A DNA stretch of 64,000 bases from an uncultured Gammaproteobacteria bacterium (GCA_942492025.1 CALODJ010000012.1:569272-633271); one strand, 5' to 3'; numbered from the stretch's first letter, positions 42,712 to 51,361 are shown. The notes: a model not told the origin generated them from the sequence alone. A program made the numbers and translations.

Positions 42712-43779
42712 ATGAATAACGATTTACAGAATTACCAGCTGGTCGAGACCCGGCTGCAGGAAAAAATGGACAACGGTACCACACGCTGCAACCTGTGCCT
42801 GTGGCGCTGCAAGATTGGCCATGGTCAGCGTGGATTCTGCCAGGCCCATGTCAACCGCAATGGTACCCTGTATAACCTTTCCTACGGCATTCTCTCCTCG
42901 ATAGACATAGACCCGATTGAAGGCAAGCCGGTCAGACACTTTCGCCCGGGTACCCGGGTCATGTCAGTCGGCAGCTACGGCTGCAGTTTTCGCTGTGGTG
43001 GCTGCCATAATCTTGAGATTTCATGGGGCGTACGTGCACTGGATGAACTGGCCCGTGGTGAATCCACGGAAGTCTGGGTCACCCCTGAAAGCCTGATCGA
43101 GAGCGCGCAGCGAGCCGGTGTGCAGGGAATAGCCTTCACCTATTCCGAGCCGGCGGTCTGGCTGGAATATGTCATCGATGTCTGTGAACTGGCACACCAG
43201 GCTGGCCTGTACACCGTGTACGTCTCCAACAGTTTTGTCACCGATGAGGCATTGCAGCTGGTGGCGCCGCATCTGGATGTTATGTGCTCGGATATCAAAA
43301 GCATGCGCGATGACTTCTACAGGGAAATCTGCCGTCCTGCCACGGTGGATCAGGTGTTGCATGCCATAAAGACGGCACACGATCTGGGTGTTCACGTCGA
43401 GACGAGAACCAACATCATTCCTGGCAAGAACGATAACCCGGCAGAGCACTTCGCGATAGCCAGCTGGGTGCATGATAATCTTGGCGCTGACAGCCCGTGG
43501 CATATCACCCGGTTTTTTCCGGCGTACCAGTTGATGGATATTCCACCCACGCCTGATGAAGCCCTGTTCGCAGCCGCTGAACAGGGCAGGCGTGCCGGCC
43601 TCGAGCATGTTTACGTGTATAATGACAAGGGTTGCGACTGTGCCAAGGAAAACCGCCCGGTCGAGTTTTATCTGAACGCCCAGGCGGAAAATGTGCACCA
43701 GGTGAAGAAATGCTCGGCCAGCTGCTGTGGCGATGAAGGCATCTTATTGAAGAAATACGAAGAGAAATCCAATCTGTAG
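42712..43779 (+). CDS. Radical SAM enzyme, AmmeMemoRadiSam-system (AmrS)-like, PFL-activase related
   Basis: 355 aa. It has an N-terminal Cys cluster (TRCNLCLWRCKIGHGQRGFC), a Cx3Cx2C motif in GCSFRCGGCHN and a C-terminal HITRFFPAYQLMDIPPTP-like motif characteristic of this family. Confidence 0.6.
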   Translation: MNNDLQNYQLVETRLQEKMDNGTTRCNLCLWRCKIGHGQRGFCQAHVNRNGTLYNLSYGILSSIDIDPIEGKPVRHFRPGTRVMSVGSYGCSFRCGGCHNLEISWGVRALDELARGESTEVWVTPESLIESAQRAGVQGIAFTYSEPAVWLEYVIDVCELAHQAGLYTVYVSNSFVTDEALQLVAPHLDVMCSDIKSMRDDFYREICRPATVDQVLHAIKTAHDLGVHVETRTNIIPGKNDNPAEHFAIASWVHDNLGADSPWHITRFFPAYQLMDIPPTPDEALFAAAEQGRRAGLEHVYVYNDKGCDCAKENRPVEFYLNAQAENVHQVKKCSASCCGDEGILLKKYEEKSNL

Positions 43780-43793
43780 ACGTTGAGGTTGTC

Positions 43794-44078
43794 ATGACAA
43801 GAATGGTTCAGTGTGTGGTACTAAATCAAGAGGCCGAAGGGCTGGATGCGCCGCCACACCCCGGTGAGCTGGGTGTGCGCATTTACGAAAATGTTTCGAA
43901 GGAAGGCTGGAAACAATGGCTCGAGCGCCTGACAACGATTATCAATGAGAACGGCCTGAATACCGCAGATCCTAAAAATATCGAGCTGATCGAAAGGCAT
44001 ATGGTCGGCTTTTTCTTTCAGGAAGGCGATTATGGCCAGGCCCCGGCAGGCTTCCAGGCGGGTGGCGGTAAAAAGTAA
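43794..44078 (+). CDS. yggX: Fe(2+)-trafficking / oxidative-damage protection protein YggX
   Basis: 94 aa, MTRMVQCVVLNQEAEGLDAPPHPGELGVRIYENVSKEGWKQW, aligning closely to E. coli YggX. Confidence 0.85.
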   Translation: MTRMVQCVVLNQEAEGLDAPPHPGELGVRIYENVSKEGWKQWLERLTTIINENGLNTADPKNIELIERHMVGFFFQEGDYGQAPAGFQAGGGKK

Positions 44079-44116
44079 TCGACCTCGTCGATACATCGCA
44101 TTCAATTAGTTGTGCC

Positions 44117-45421
44117 TTAAGCCGATGCCAGCCTGAAAATCGGTACGGTGACAAAATTCAGTTTTGCGTGCGCTGTTCTGAGCGCCTCGGTGGCTTCATC
44201 CGACGTCTCGGCCTGCGCGAAGATGAATCCAAGATACTGGTTACCCTCGGGCAGGGGTATCAACTCATGGCCCTCACTGATCGTGATATCGATTTTTTCG
44301 ATATGGGGCACTTTCTGAGCAGCCAGTATACCTTCGACGCGTCGCAGTAGTCCTGCTCGCCGGATCGGTATCATCATCACGCCGCGGCTTTGTTCGATCG
44401 GCGTGGGCTTCATCGGCTGCCCAATGGCCAGTGACACAGTCAGCTGCTCCAGGCTCTTGTTCGTGCCGCTATCCAGCATGCGGGCGCAATCACCGCCGAT
44501 CGTACGTGAGGCGACCTCGAGTATCCAGGCATCGCTTGCGTTGAGGCGAAGCTCGGCATGCACTGGCCCGGTTCTCAAGCCAAAAGCCGTGCAAGCCTGC
44601 TGTACACGCTGTTTGACCCGGTTCAGTGAAGCAACATCGAGCTGGGACGGCGTGACGTAAATGGTTTCTTCGAAGAAAGGGCCGACTAGAGCATCCGGTT
44701 TATCGAATACAGCCAGTGTGTGCAATTCGCCCTGGTGTAAATAGCCTTCATAGGCAATCTCGATGCCGTCGATGTAGTCTTCGACCAGTACATGGCTGCG
44801 TTCAAACGCGTCCCGTGATTCCGCGATGATGTTGCCTACGCGTTCACAGGCAGTCCTGAATTCGTCTTCGTTGTTGGCGCGTATCACACCGCGGCTGGCC
44901 GACATATTGACCGGTTTGATCACGCAGGGCCACGGCAGGCCGGCCATTTGCCTGTCCAGCGGCCTTTTGATATCAATCAGACAATGACGCGGCACAGGGC
45001 ATCCGGACCGCATCAGGTGCGCTCGCGCGAGGTCCTTGCGGCGTGTAAGCCGAGCGGCTTCTGGCGGGTTGTGGGGCAGGCCAAGCCGGTTGGCTGCGAG
45101 CGCTGCCAGTTCGACGGTGCTGTCATCACTACCGATGATGCCGGCAAAAGGATCCAGTCTGGCCGCATGCAGTATGGCGCTCAACGCCGACGCATGATCA
45201 TCCAGATCAATATTGAGACCCTGGTTGACCTCTGTTGTCAGTGAGTGCTCGCCCCGGGAGGCAATCAGTACTCGCACCCCCATCTGCTGTGCAGCGCCAA
45301 TGTAAGGCGCTATGCGGTAGCTGTTGGGTTGGGATATTAAAAGCAGGCGTCTACTGATTGCTCTGGTACTGTCAGGCTGTTTATTGGGGTTCGTACTGCA
45401 TAGCCCCACAGACAGAAACAT
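44117..45421 (-). CDS. ATP-grasp domain protein (carboxylate-amine ligase-like), function unknown
   Basis: About 434 aa with a central ATP-grasp region (PWPCVIKP...SRGV, EDYIDGIE, ELRL). The start is uncertain, since the tracked ATG lies inside a hairpin; MGVRVLIAS is an alternative. Confidence 0.55.
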   Translation of the reverse strand: MFLSVGLCSTNPNKQPDSTRAISRRLLLISQPNSYRIAPYIGAAQQMGVRVLIASRGEHSLTTEVNQGLNIDLDDHASALSAILHAARLDPFAGIIGSDDSTVELAALAANRLGLPHNPPEAARLTRRKDLARAHLMRSGCPVPRHCLIDIKRPLDRQMAGLPWPCVIKPVNMSASRGVIRANNEDEFRTACERVGNIIAESRDAFERSHVLVEDYIDGIEIAYEGYLHQGELHTLAVFDKPDALVGPFFEETIYVTPSQLDVASLNRVKQRVQQACTAFGLRTGPVHAELRLNASDAWILEVASRTIGGDCARMLDSGTNKSLEQLTVSLAIGQPMKPTPIEQSRGVMMIPIRRAGLLRRVEGILAAQKVPHIEKIDITISEGHELIPLPEGNQYLGFIFAQAETSDEATEALRTAHAKLNFVTVPIFRLASA

Positions 45422-45528
45422 GGCCTGTTTCTGCCTGTGGGAAACCGGTTAAAAACAACGTGTTTTCGGCCCGGCCTCAAATGCGCAGGATATTGTCGAC
45501 TGTGGCGCCCCCAGGTGAGAATTACGGG

Positions 45529-45906
45529 CTAGCCACAACCGCCGCCTGCTGAGCCACAGGCACCGCATACACCCGATCCTCCGGTGTTGGCGAATACGTT
45601 CTTGAATACAAAACTCGCGTTTGCACCCTGGGTCTGGTAGTCGATTTCGACACCTTCAAGGTAGCTGAGCGCAACGGCGTCGACATAGACCTTTAAACCC
45701 TCTTGCTCTAGCATGCAGTCGTATTCGTTCGGCTGGTCGACAAATGTCATGCCGTAACTCATGCCACCGCAGCCACCGCCTGAAACGAATATACGAACAC
45801 CGTTGACGCCATCCTCGTTTTCAGTCAATGCCAGCAACTGCTTGACGGCCTCGGGAGAGACATTGATCTGATCGGATAATTGATTGTTGAACTGTATGTC
45901 TGACAT
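45529..45906 (-). CDS. HesB/IscA/ErpA-family iron-sulfur cluster insertion protein with an unusual Gly/Cys-rich C-terminus
   Basis: 126 aa. The start is MSDIQFNNQL. It has the conserved GGGCGGMSYGMTF and a C-terminal VCGACGSAGGGCG in place of the usual CGCGESF. Confidence 0.65.
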   Translation of the reverse strand: MSDIQFNNQLSDQINVSPEAVKQLLALTENEDGVNGVRIFVSGGGCGGMSYGMTFVDQPNEYDCMLEQEGLKVYVDAVALSYLEGVEIDYQTQGANASFVFKNVFANTGGSGVCGACGSAGGGCG

Positions 45907-46066
45907 AGCGACCTCGTCTGTGTCCAAAATATATAGGGATTCTATCAAAAATATGACAAGATGCATGTGCAAAAATTCCCGGGTCAATGAACGTTTCTGA
46001 CACTGAAACAACAGGCCGAACCTGATTCGATATCTACACCGATAACGTTGATAAGCTGATAATTCC

Positions 46067-46876
46067 ATGTCTGATCCCAATATTCATCCCACGGCCATCG
46101 TTTCGTCCCGAGCAAAACTTGCCAATGGCGTTCAGGTCGGGCCCTATGCGGTTATTCACGATCATGTCGAGATTGGCGCCAACACCACGCTTGGTCCACA
46201 TGTCGTAATCTGCGACTACGTACGTCTGGGCGCCGGCAACCGGGTGCACGCACACGCTGTGATCGGCGATCTGCCTCAGGACATATCATTTGATCCGGCG
46301 ACTGAAACCTGGGTCGAGATCGGTGATGCCAATACACTCAGAGAAGGCGTTACCATCCATCGGGCGACTTCACCATCGACAACAACCAGCGTGGGTTCCA
46401 ACGTGTATATGATGGCTTACAGCCATATCGGTCATGACTGTCGAGTAGGTGATGGTGTCATAATCACGATCAACACCAATGTGGGGGGGCATGTCGAGAT
46501 AGGCGATAAAGCTGTGCTCGGCGGCAGTGTCGCTGTGCACCAGTTTTGCCGTATCGGTCAGTTTGCTATGGTCGCTGGCCTGATCGCGGTCAGAAAAGAC
46601 GTGTTACCCTACACCATGATCGCCGGGGATCCGGCACGACATTACCGTCTCAACACGGTCGGATGTCGTCGCGCCGGTATCACGGGTGAGCGCTATCGCC
46701 GCCTGGAGCGGGCCTATCGAGCACTTCGGTCAGGCAACAAATCACTGCAGGGAATAGCTGAGAGCGAGGAAGTCGCACATTTACGTGCATGGCTGGCAAC
46801 AGACTCGAAACGTGGTCTGAGCGGATTTCTGCGCGAACAGAAACTTAGCCCGGATATCGCACGAAGGCGGATATGA
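46067..46876 (+). CDS. Second LpxA-family acyltransferase (paralog of UDP-GlcNAc O-acyltransferase)
   Basis: 269 aa with hexapeptide repeats throughout and the catalytic His context SHIGHDC, plus a C-terminal helical domain. It is clearly distinct from the lpxA at 36514-37284. Confidence 0.7.
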   Translation: MSDPNIHPTAIVSSRAKLANGVQVGPYAVIHDHVEIGANTTLGPHVVICDYVRLGAGNRVHAHAVIGDLPQDISFDPATETWVEIGDANTLREGVTIHRATSPSTTTSVGSNVYMMAYSHIGHDCRVGDGVIITINTNVGGHVEIGDKAVLGGSVAVHQFCRIGQFAMVAGLIAVRKDVLPYTMIAGDPARHYRLNTVGCRRAGITGERYRRLERAYRALRSGNKSLQGIAESEEVAHLRAWLATDSKRGLSGFLREQKLSPDIARRRI

Positions 46877-46989
46877 AAAGCCGCGGATTAGTCAATATTT
46901 CAATCAGCGGGCTAGCATTGACAAGGTATTGTTCAGTTACAGTCTGTCCTATTTGTTTTTACGAACAAGTTGGCGTCACGATTGTAGGT

Positions 46990-47115
46990 TTTGCCTCGTT
47001 TGTTGATGAAATAAAAACGGACATATCGTAGGGTGTGCCGTGCGCACCAATCGGCAGCAATCAGGCTTTTTTGTGCTGATTTCGGTGCGCACGGCGCACC
47101 CTACCTCACCTCTTT
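46990..47115. repeat. Core palindrome copy (47028-47104) with the left interior segment and a degenerate right flank
   Basis: TTGTTGATGAAATAAAAACGGACATATC GTAGGGTGTGCCGTGCGCACC...GGTGCGCACGGCGCACCCTACC. Confidence 0.8.
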
Positions 47116-47660
47116 CATCGTACACGGATACCCGAAAGGTCGGTGTCAGTTGATCGATGGTAACAACCCTGTCGGATATGCTAACGCAAGATCCACCAGG
47201 GAATTAGCACATGTTGCCTAGGTCTCCAAATGCGGTACCGAGGTACCCCCGTTCACGCGTCAACTGATTGGCGCGATATGTCAAGATAATACGATTAAAG
47301 CGCATTAAATTAAGCATTGTCAGTGTTGATTAGCAGGGTACTGATGTGGTCATCCGATCTGTTCAATCACGTCGGGTTAATGCATAAGTCCTGGTTTGAT
47401 CCGACAATGGCACTCGCGTGTTGTCAGTTGCGGTGGAGTGTCACGCCGCAAGGCAAAGGTCGATGTAGGCACATCGGCATAGGCCGGCATTCCTGATGTA
47501 TTGAGGCGCGCGACGAGAATGGCATTGATTACGAAATAAGGTTAGAAACTTCACGAACCTGTTCACGCTGGGTGTGTGACGGGGTCGGCGGCAAAGTCTG
47601 TATCTTGCTGCTGGCCCCATTTTTGTCTGTTGACATCCACGCGCAGAAGTTTGAAACCTT

Positions 47661-48731
47661 TCAATTACAGTCGATTGGCGGGCACTGCGCCGTCAGTTGC
47701 GGTCGTGCCGTATGACTCAACTGCTGTTCGGAGTCACGAATATTGCTGTCATCGGGGGATAATCGGTAGGCGCATTGAAGAGATTGCTGAGCCTGTTCAA
47801 CACAACCAGCTGCGTGCAGGGCGTAGGCAAGATTATTCCAGATCAGCGGTGTGGCCGGACTCAGCTTTGCCGCATTCACGAGCGCTGACACGGCTTCTGC
47901 ATGATGACCGGATTCATATTCGATGTTGCCAAGCGTTATCCAGGCGCTGGGGCTTTCAGGCCATTGTACGGTGGCGGCCCGGTAGGCCTCAATCGCAAGC
48001 GCGTTCAATCCGGTTTGCTCAAAAGCATAGGTTGTTTTCAGGTAGGTGGATAAACTGGCTGTCGCCGGTATCTTGCCCACAGGTACAATAACCAGGCCCC
48101 ATTTGTCGGCGCGCTGCCAGGTGTTTTCAAATGTGGCGAATGTTGTCACCCAGCGTTTTGTCGTACCTGAACGCAGCAATATTTCATTATTGGCCTTGTT
48201 GTAACCAATGACGACCGCGTAATGCCAACGCGGCCACCAGTCAAATCCGAGGTTTTGCAGTACCAGCACAGGATTACCGGCAGCGATTTCCGCCAGCAGG
48301 TCAGGCAGTGTGGGATTCAGCGGATAAGGCAGCATGCCATAGCGCCGTGAGTTTGCGACCAGTTCGACTTGCAGACTACCCTGGCGTTGCGGGATGTATA
48401 TCTGCGATGAAAGCACATCGGGCGTCACATCAATGTGGTGTGATTGCAGTACGGTTGCCAACGCAGCAGGGCCGCATTGATGCCGGGTCTGGGGAAAGAA
48501 GGGTGTGTCGGATAATTCGATTGCGGTTGGCAGTGGCTGATGGTGATCATCCAGTACGGGTCTGCTCTTGTGTGTGCCAGTGCAACCGGCCAAGCAGAGC
48601 AGGCAGGCGAGTAAGGGGGCAACACAGAGCCCTAGGAGTCTGCGCGGTAGAAAGTATCCCTGCTGCAAAAGCGCCACAGCGGTCCATTTTTCTGTTCTTT
48701 TTCGTTGCGTAGTGCCCACTATGCGCCTCAA
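47661..48731 (-). CDS. PA2778-like lipoprotein: C39-like cysteine peptidase domain plus TPR repeats
   Basis: 356 aa with a lipobox (LLCLAGC), a papain/C39-like Cys region (QCGPAALATVLQ) and C-terminal TPR helices. Confidence 0.5.
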   Translation of the reverse strand: MRRIVGTTQRKRTEKWTAVALLQQGYFLPRRLLGLCVAPLLACLLCLAGCTGTHKSRPVLDDHHQPLPTAIELSDTPFFPQTRHQCGPAALATVLQSHHIDVTPDVLSSQIYIPQRQGSLQVELVANSRRYGMLPYPLNPTLPDLLAEIAAGNPVLVLQNLGFDWWPRWHYAVVIGYNKANNEILLRSGTTKRWVTTFATFENTWQRADKWGLVIVPVGKIPATASLSTYLKTTYAFEQTGLNALAIEAYRAATVQWPESPSAWITLGNIEYESGHHAEAVSALVNAAKLSPATPLIWNNLAYALHAAGCVEQAQQSLQCAYRLSPDDSNIRDSEQQLSHTARPQLTAQCPPIDCN

Positions 48732-48792
48732 AAGAACAGAAAACTGTCCTCACCGTGCCACTTTTTCGCTACGGGTATTTCTGCCGCGCAGA

Positions 48793-48835
48793 CTCCTAGC
48801 CCGCATTTCTCACCAGGGGGCCAGAAATGCGGATT
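48793..48835. repeat. Solitary IR1 hairpin
   Basis: TAGCCCGCATTTCTCACC aggggg CCAGAAATGCGG, an IR1 terminus folded back on itself. Confidence 0.7.
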
Positions 48836-48860
48836 TAAGGCTACCATGCATTGTTATTGA

Positions 48861-49247
48861 TCAGTTTACCGGTTTAATGAACGGGAAGATGTCAGTTGCT
48901 CCAATCACATCGGTGATCACGAACACGATAAAAATGATGAGCAAGACACCGAGGATATCGCCACCTGCGGGTAACTCGCCAATCTGTTGATTTAACGTTG
49001 CTATTTCATCGTCTGTCATCAAATTGACGCGGTGGGTAAGGGTGTCTGGTTCGACACCAAGGGAGCGTAATTGCTGCTTGAGTTCTGAGCGCTCGATGGT
49101 TTCGATCAACTGTGCTCTCGCACTGGTTTTTTGTGCATTGAAAATAACTTGATCATTGCCTACCAGGGCCGCCTCTACATGGTTGAATGACAGGCTCATC
49201 AGGGCAAGTGACAGAACGATATTGAAGCATTTTTGGGCCAATTTCAT
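48861..49247 (-). CDS. PA2779-like small protein with a signal peptide and a C-terminal TM anchor
   Basis: 128 aa, immediately upstream of the PA2778-like peptidase and co-directional with it. Confidence 0.45.
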   Translation of the reverse strand: MKLAQKCFNIVLSLALMSLSFNHVEAALVGNDQVIFNAQKTSARAQLIETIERSELKQQLRSLGVEPDTLTHRVNLMTDDEIATLNQQIGELPAGGDILGVLLIIFIVFVITDVIGATDIFPFIKPVN

Positions 49248-49416
49248 CAGGATAGCTCCGTGTGGTCATTGAGGTCTTGATTCACGCTGTTTAGACCCAT
49301 CGATCTTATCACAGTGATCCCGGCCAGGGTGTTGCACATAGGCGCCCGCCTTCATGCAATATGCGGGCTACTGCGACGCTGTTGATACTTTGGCATGAAA
49401 AACCGGTACAAAATGA

Positions 49417-50172
49417 TTATTGAATGGCAAATTCTGCCATGAGTGGAATATGATCAGAAAGTCGCTTCCACGGTTTTCCATGCAGGCGTTTGCAATCGAG
49501 CAGTTCGAGGCCACGGGTATATATCCGGTCCATATTGAATATTGGCAGCCATCCTGGGAATGACCGGGCGTATTTGCCAGACGATTTCTTGAAGACTTCA
49601 TCAACATCCAGGTCATGCGTGAGATACTTCTCGGCTTTACGTGTCCAGTCATTGAAATCGCCCGCGATGATCAGAGGAGCGTCATGGGGGACGTGCGAAT
49701 CAATTCTGCTGACCAGGGTTGACCATTGGCGTTGTCGCTCCAGGCCGAAAAGGCCAAAGTGAACACAGATTGCATGCACATGCTGTCTTGTTTCGGTCAA
49801 CTCAATCGTACCGTGCAGAAGGCTGCGACTGGCCGTCTGCATCAACGATACGTCGATGTTTTCCCATTCGACGATAGGGTACTTGCTCAGGATAGCGTTG
49901 CCATGATGGCCCGTTTTATAGATCGCATTTTTCCCATAAGCATGGTGATGCCATATTTCATCGGCAAGAAACTCGAACTGGTTGTTGCTGGGCCAGTCGT
50001 CAAACCGTTTTTTTGAAAAGTCACGTTCACCATGGATTTCCTGTAACAACAGCAGGTCTGCATCGATCTGGCGAATGGATTCTTTGATATCGTGCAGAAT
50101 ATAGCTGCGATTGGTCGTGTTGAAACCCTTGTGAATGTTGTAGGTCAGAACTTTGAGAGTTTTTCTTTCCAC
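49417..50172 (-). CDS. Endonuclease/exonuclease/phosphatase (EEP) family protein
   Basis: 251 aa with N-terminal LKVLTYNIHKG, the conserved catalytic Asp/His regions (GDFND, SDHIP). Confidence 0.7.
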   Translation of the reverse strand: MERKTLKVLTYNIHKGFNTTNRSYILHDIKESIRQIDADLLLLQEIHGERDFSKKRFDDWPSNNQFEFLADEIWHHHAYGKNAIYKTGHHGNAILSKYPIVEWENIDVSLMQTASRSLLHGTIELTETRQHVHAICVHFGLFGLERQRQWSTLVSRIDSHVPHDAPLIIAGDFNDWTRKAEKYLTHDLDVDEVFKKSSGKYARSFPGWLPIFNMDRIYTRGLELLDCKRLHGKPWKRLSDHIPLMAEFAIQ

Positions 50173-50567
50173 GATCTAATAAAATCATTCAATAGTAAAA
50201 GTAACAGAACAAAGATAATGTAGCCGTTCTATATTGGAGCTATTATACTTCTGGAACATATATATCTGCTCCTGTTTATTATAGTCTCAAATGGTGCACC
50301 AATAGTAATGCGTACGGTGCTCGAAAGCAGCTACGACGCTGCGGTTGAATTGTCTTACACATTCCCTGACGGCAGGCCCCTGAAGCGATATTACCGGCCA
50401 TCATCTTGATGTACACCTTCAGTCTGGATGTGTTATCAATAATGATTCTCGTTAGCGTGCTTGTCATCATGGGATTGATTCTGTCGTCAGTCCGTACAGA
50501 CTGGGTATACGTGACAGACCGTATTAGTTTATTATCTATGCAGAATTCAGTGCGTTAATTTCAATAC

Positions 50568-51155
50568 ATGCATATTGTCAATCGAGATATCTATAATCTG
50601 CCGAATTTTGTCAGTTTTGTACGAATCCTGTTAGCGCCAGTTTTATTCTATTTCGCATTTGCTCAGGAACCCATCTGTTTCCTCGTCACACTGATGTTTT
50701 CCGCATTTACGGACGTGTTGGATGGATTTCTGGCACGCCTGTTGAATCAGATCACGGAAATGGGATCGCGCCTGGACAGCTGGGGCGATTTCACCATTTA
50801 CAGCACTATGGCTATTTGCGCGTGGATACTCTGGCCAGGCATTGTTGTTCAGGAGTTAACGTCATATGTTGTCATCGTTATCAGTATTGTTTCACCGGTA
50901 ATTGCTGGCCTGGTGAAATTCAAAAGCATCACCAGTTATCATACCTGGACAGTAAAAGTGGCTGTCGTGGTTACATTCGTTGGCTACATTCTGTTGTTTG
51001 CAGGGTGGCTCGATTGGCCCTTCAGGGTGGCGGCTGTATTCAGCGCCGTAGCTGCGGCCGAGGAAATCGCCATAACGCTGCTGAGTCGCCAAGAACATGT
51101 CGACGTCAGAAGTATATGGGCGGCGTTGAAATACAACGAAGAGGATAACACCTAG
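50568..51155 (+). CDS. CDP-alcohol phosphatidyltransferase family protein (small, 195 aa)
   Basis: It has D-G-x2-A-R...G-x3-D-x3-D (DVLDGFLARLL...GSRLDSWGDF) and about 5 TM helices. The stop TAG abuts an IR1 terminus. Confidence 0.7.
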   Translation: MHIVNRDIYNLPNFVSFVRILLAPVLFYFAFAQEPICFLVTLMFSAFTDVLDGFLARLLNQITEMGSRLDSWGDFTIYSTMAICAWILWPGIVVQELTSYVVIVISIVSPVIAGLVKFKSITSYHTWTVKVAVVVTFVGYILLFAGWLDWPFRVAAVFSAVAAAEEIAITLLSRQEHVDVRSIWAALKYNEEDNT

Positions 51156-51341
51156 CCCGCATTTCTCACCAGTGGGCGAGATGATTACGCAGTGATTTGT
51201 CTATGTGTTACGTATTTCATTGGTAGAATAAAGCGTATAAATCGTAGGGTGCGCCGTGCGCACCGAAGTCAGTACAACGAGCGTGATTTTTTTACGAAGA
51301 TGCGCGCACGGCGCACCCTTCCTCACTGGTGAGAAATGCGG
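51156..51341. repeat. Full type-A element: IR1 arms plus a core (51245-51320)
   Basis: CCCGCATTTCTCACCAGTGGGCGAGATGATTACGCAG...GTAGGGTGCGCCGTGCGCACC...CACGGCGCACCCTTCC TCACTGGTGAGAAATGCGG. Confidence 0.9.
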
Positions 51342-51361
51342 AGTGAACCGCCTATTGCGCG

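Noticed and set aside
44117-45421. Calling the ATP-grasp a specific enzyme (glutathione synthetase, RimK, cyanophycin synthetase)
   Set aside because: Only the generic ATP-grasp core is recognisable, and the specificity loops cannot be assigned by eye.
47576-48091. 171-aa plus-strand ORF overlapping the PA2778-like gene
   Set aside because: It is antisense to a gene with clear peptidase and TPR motifs, and its composition is Arg/Ser/Pro-rich like a shadow ORF.
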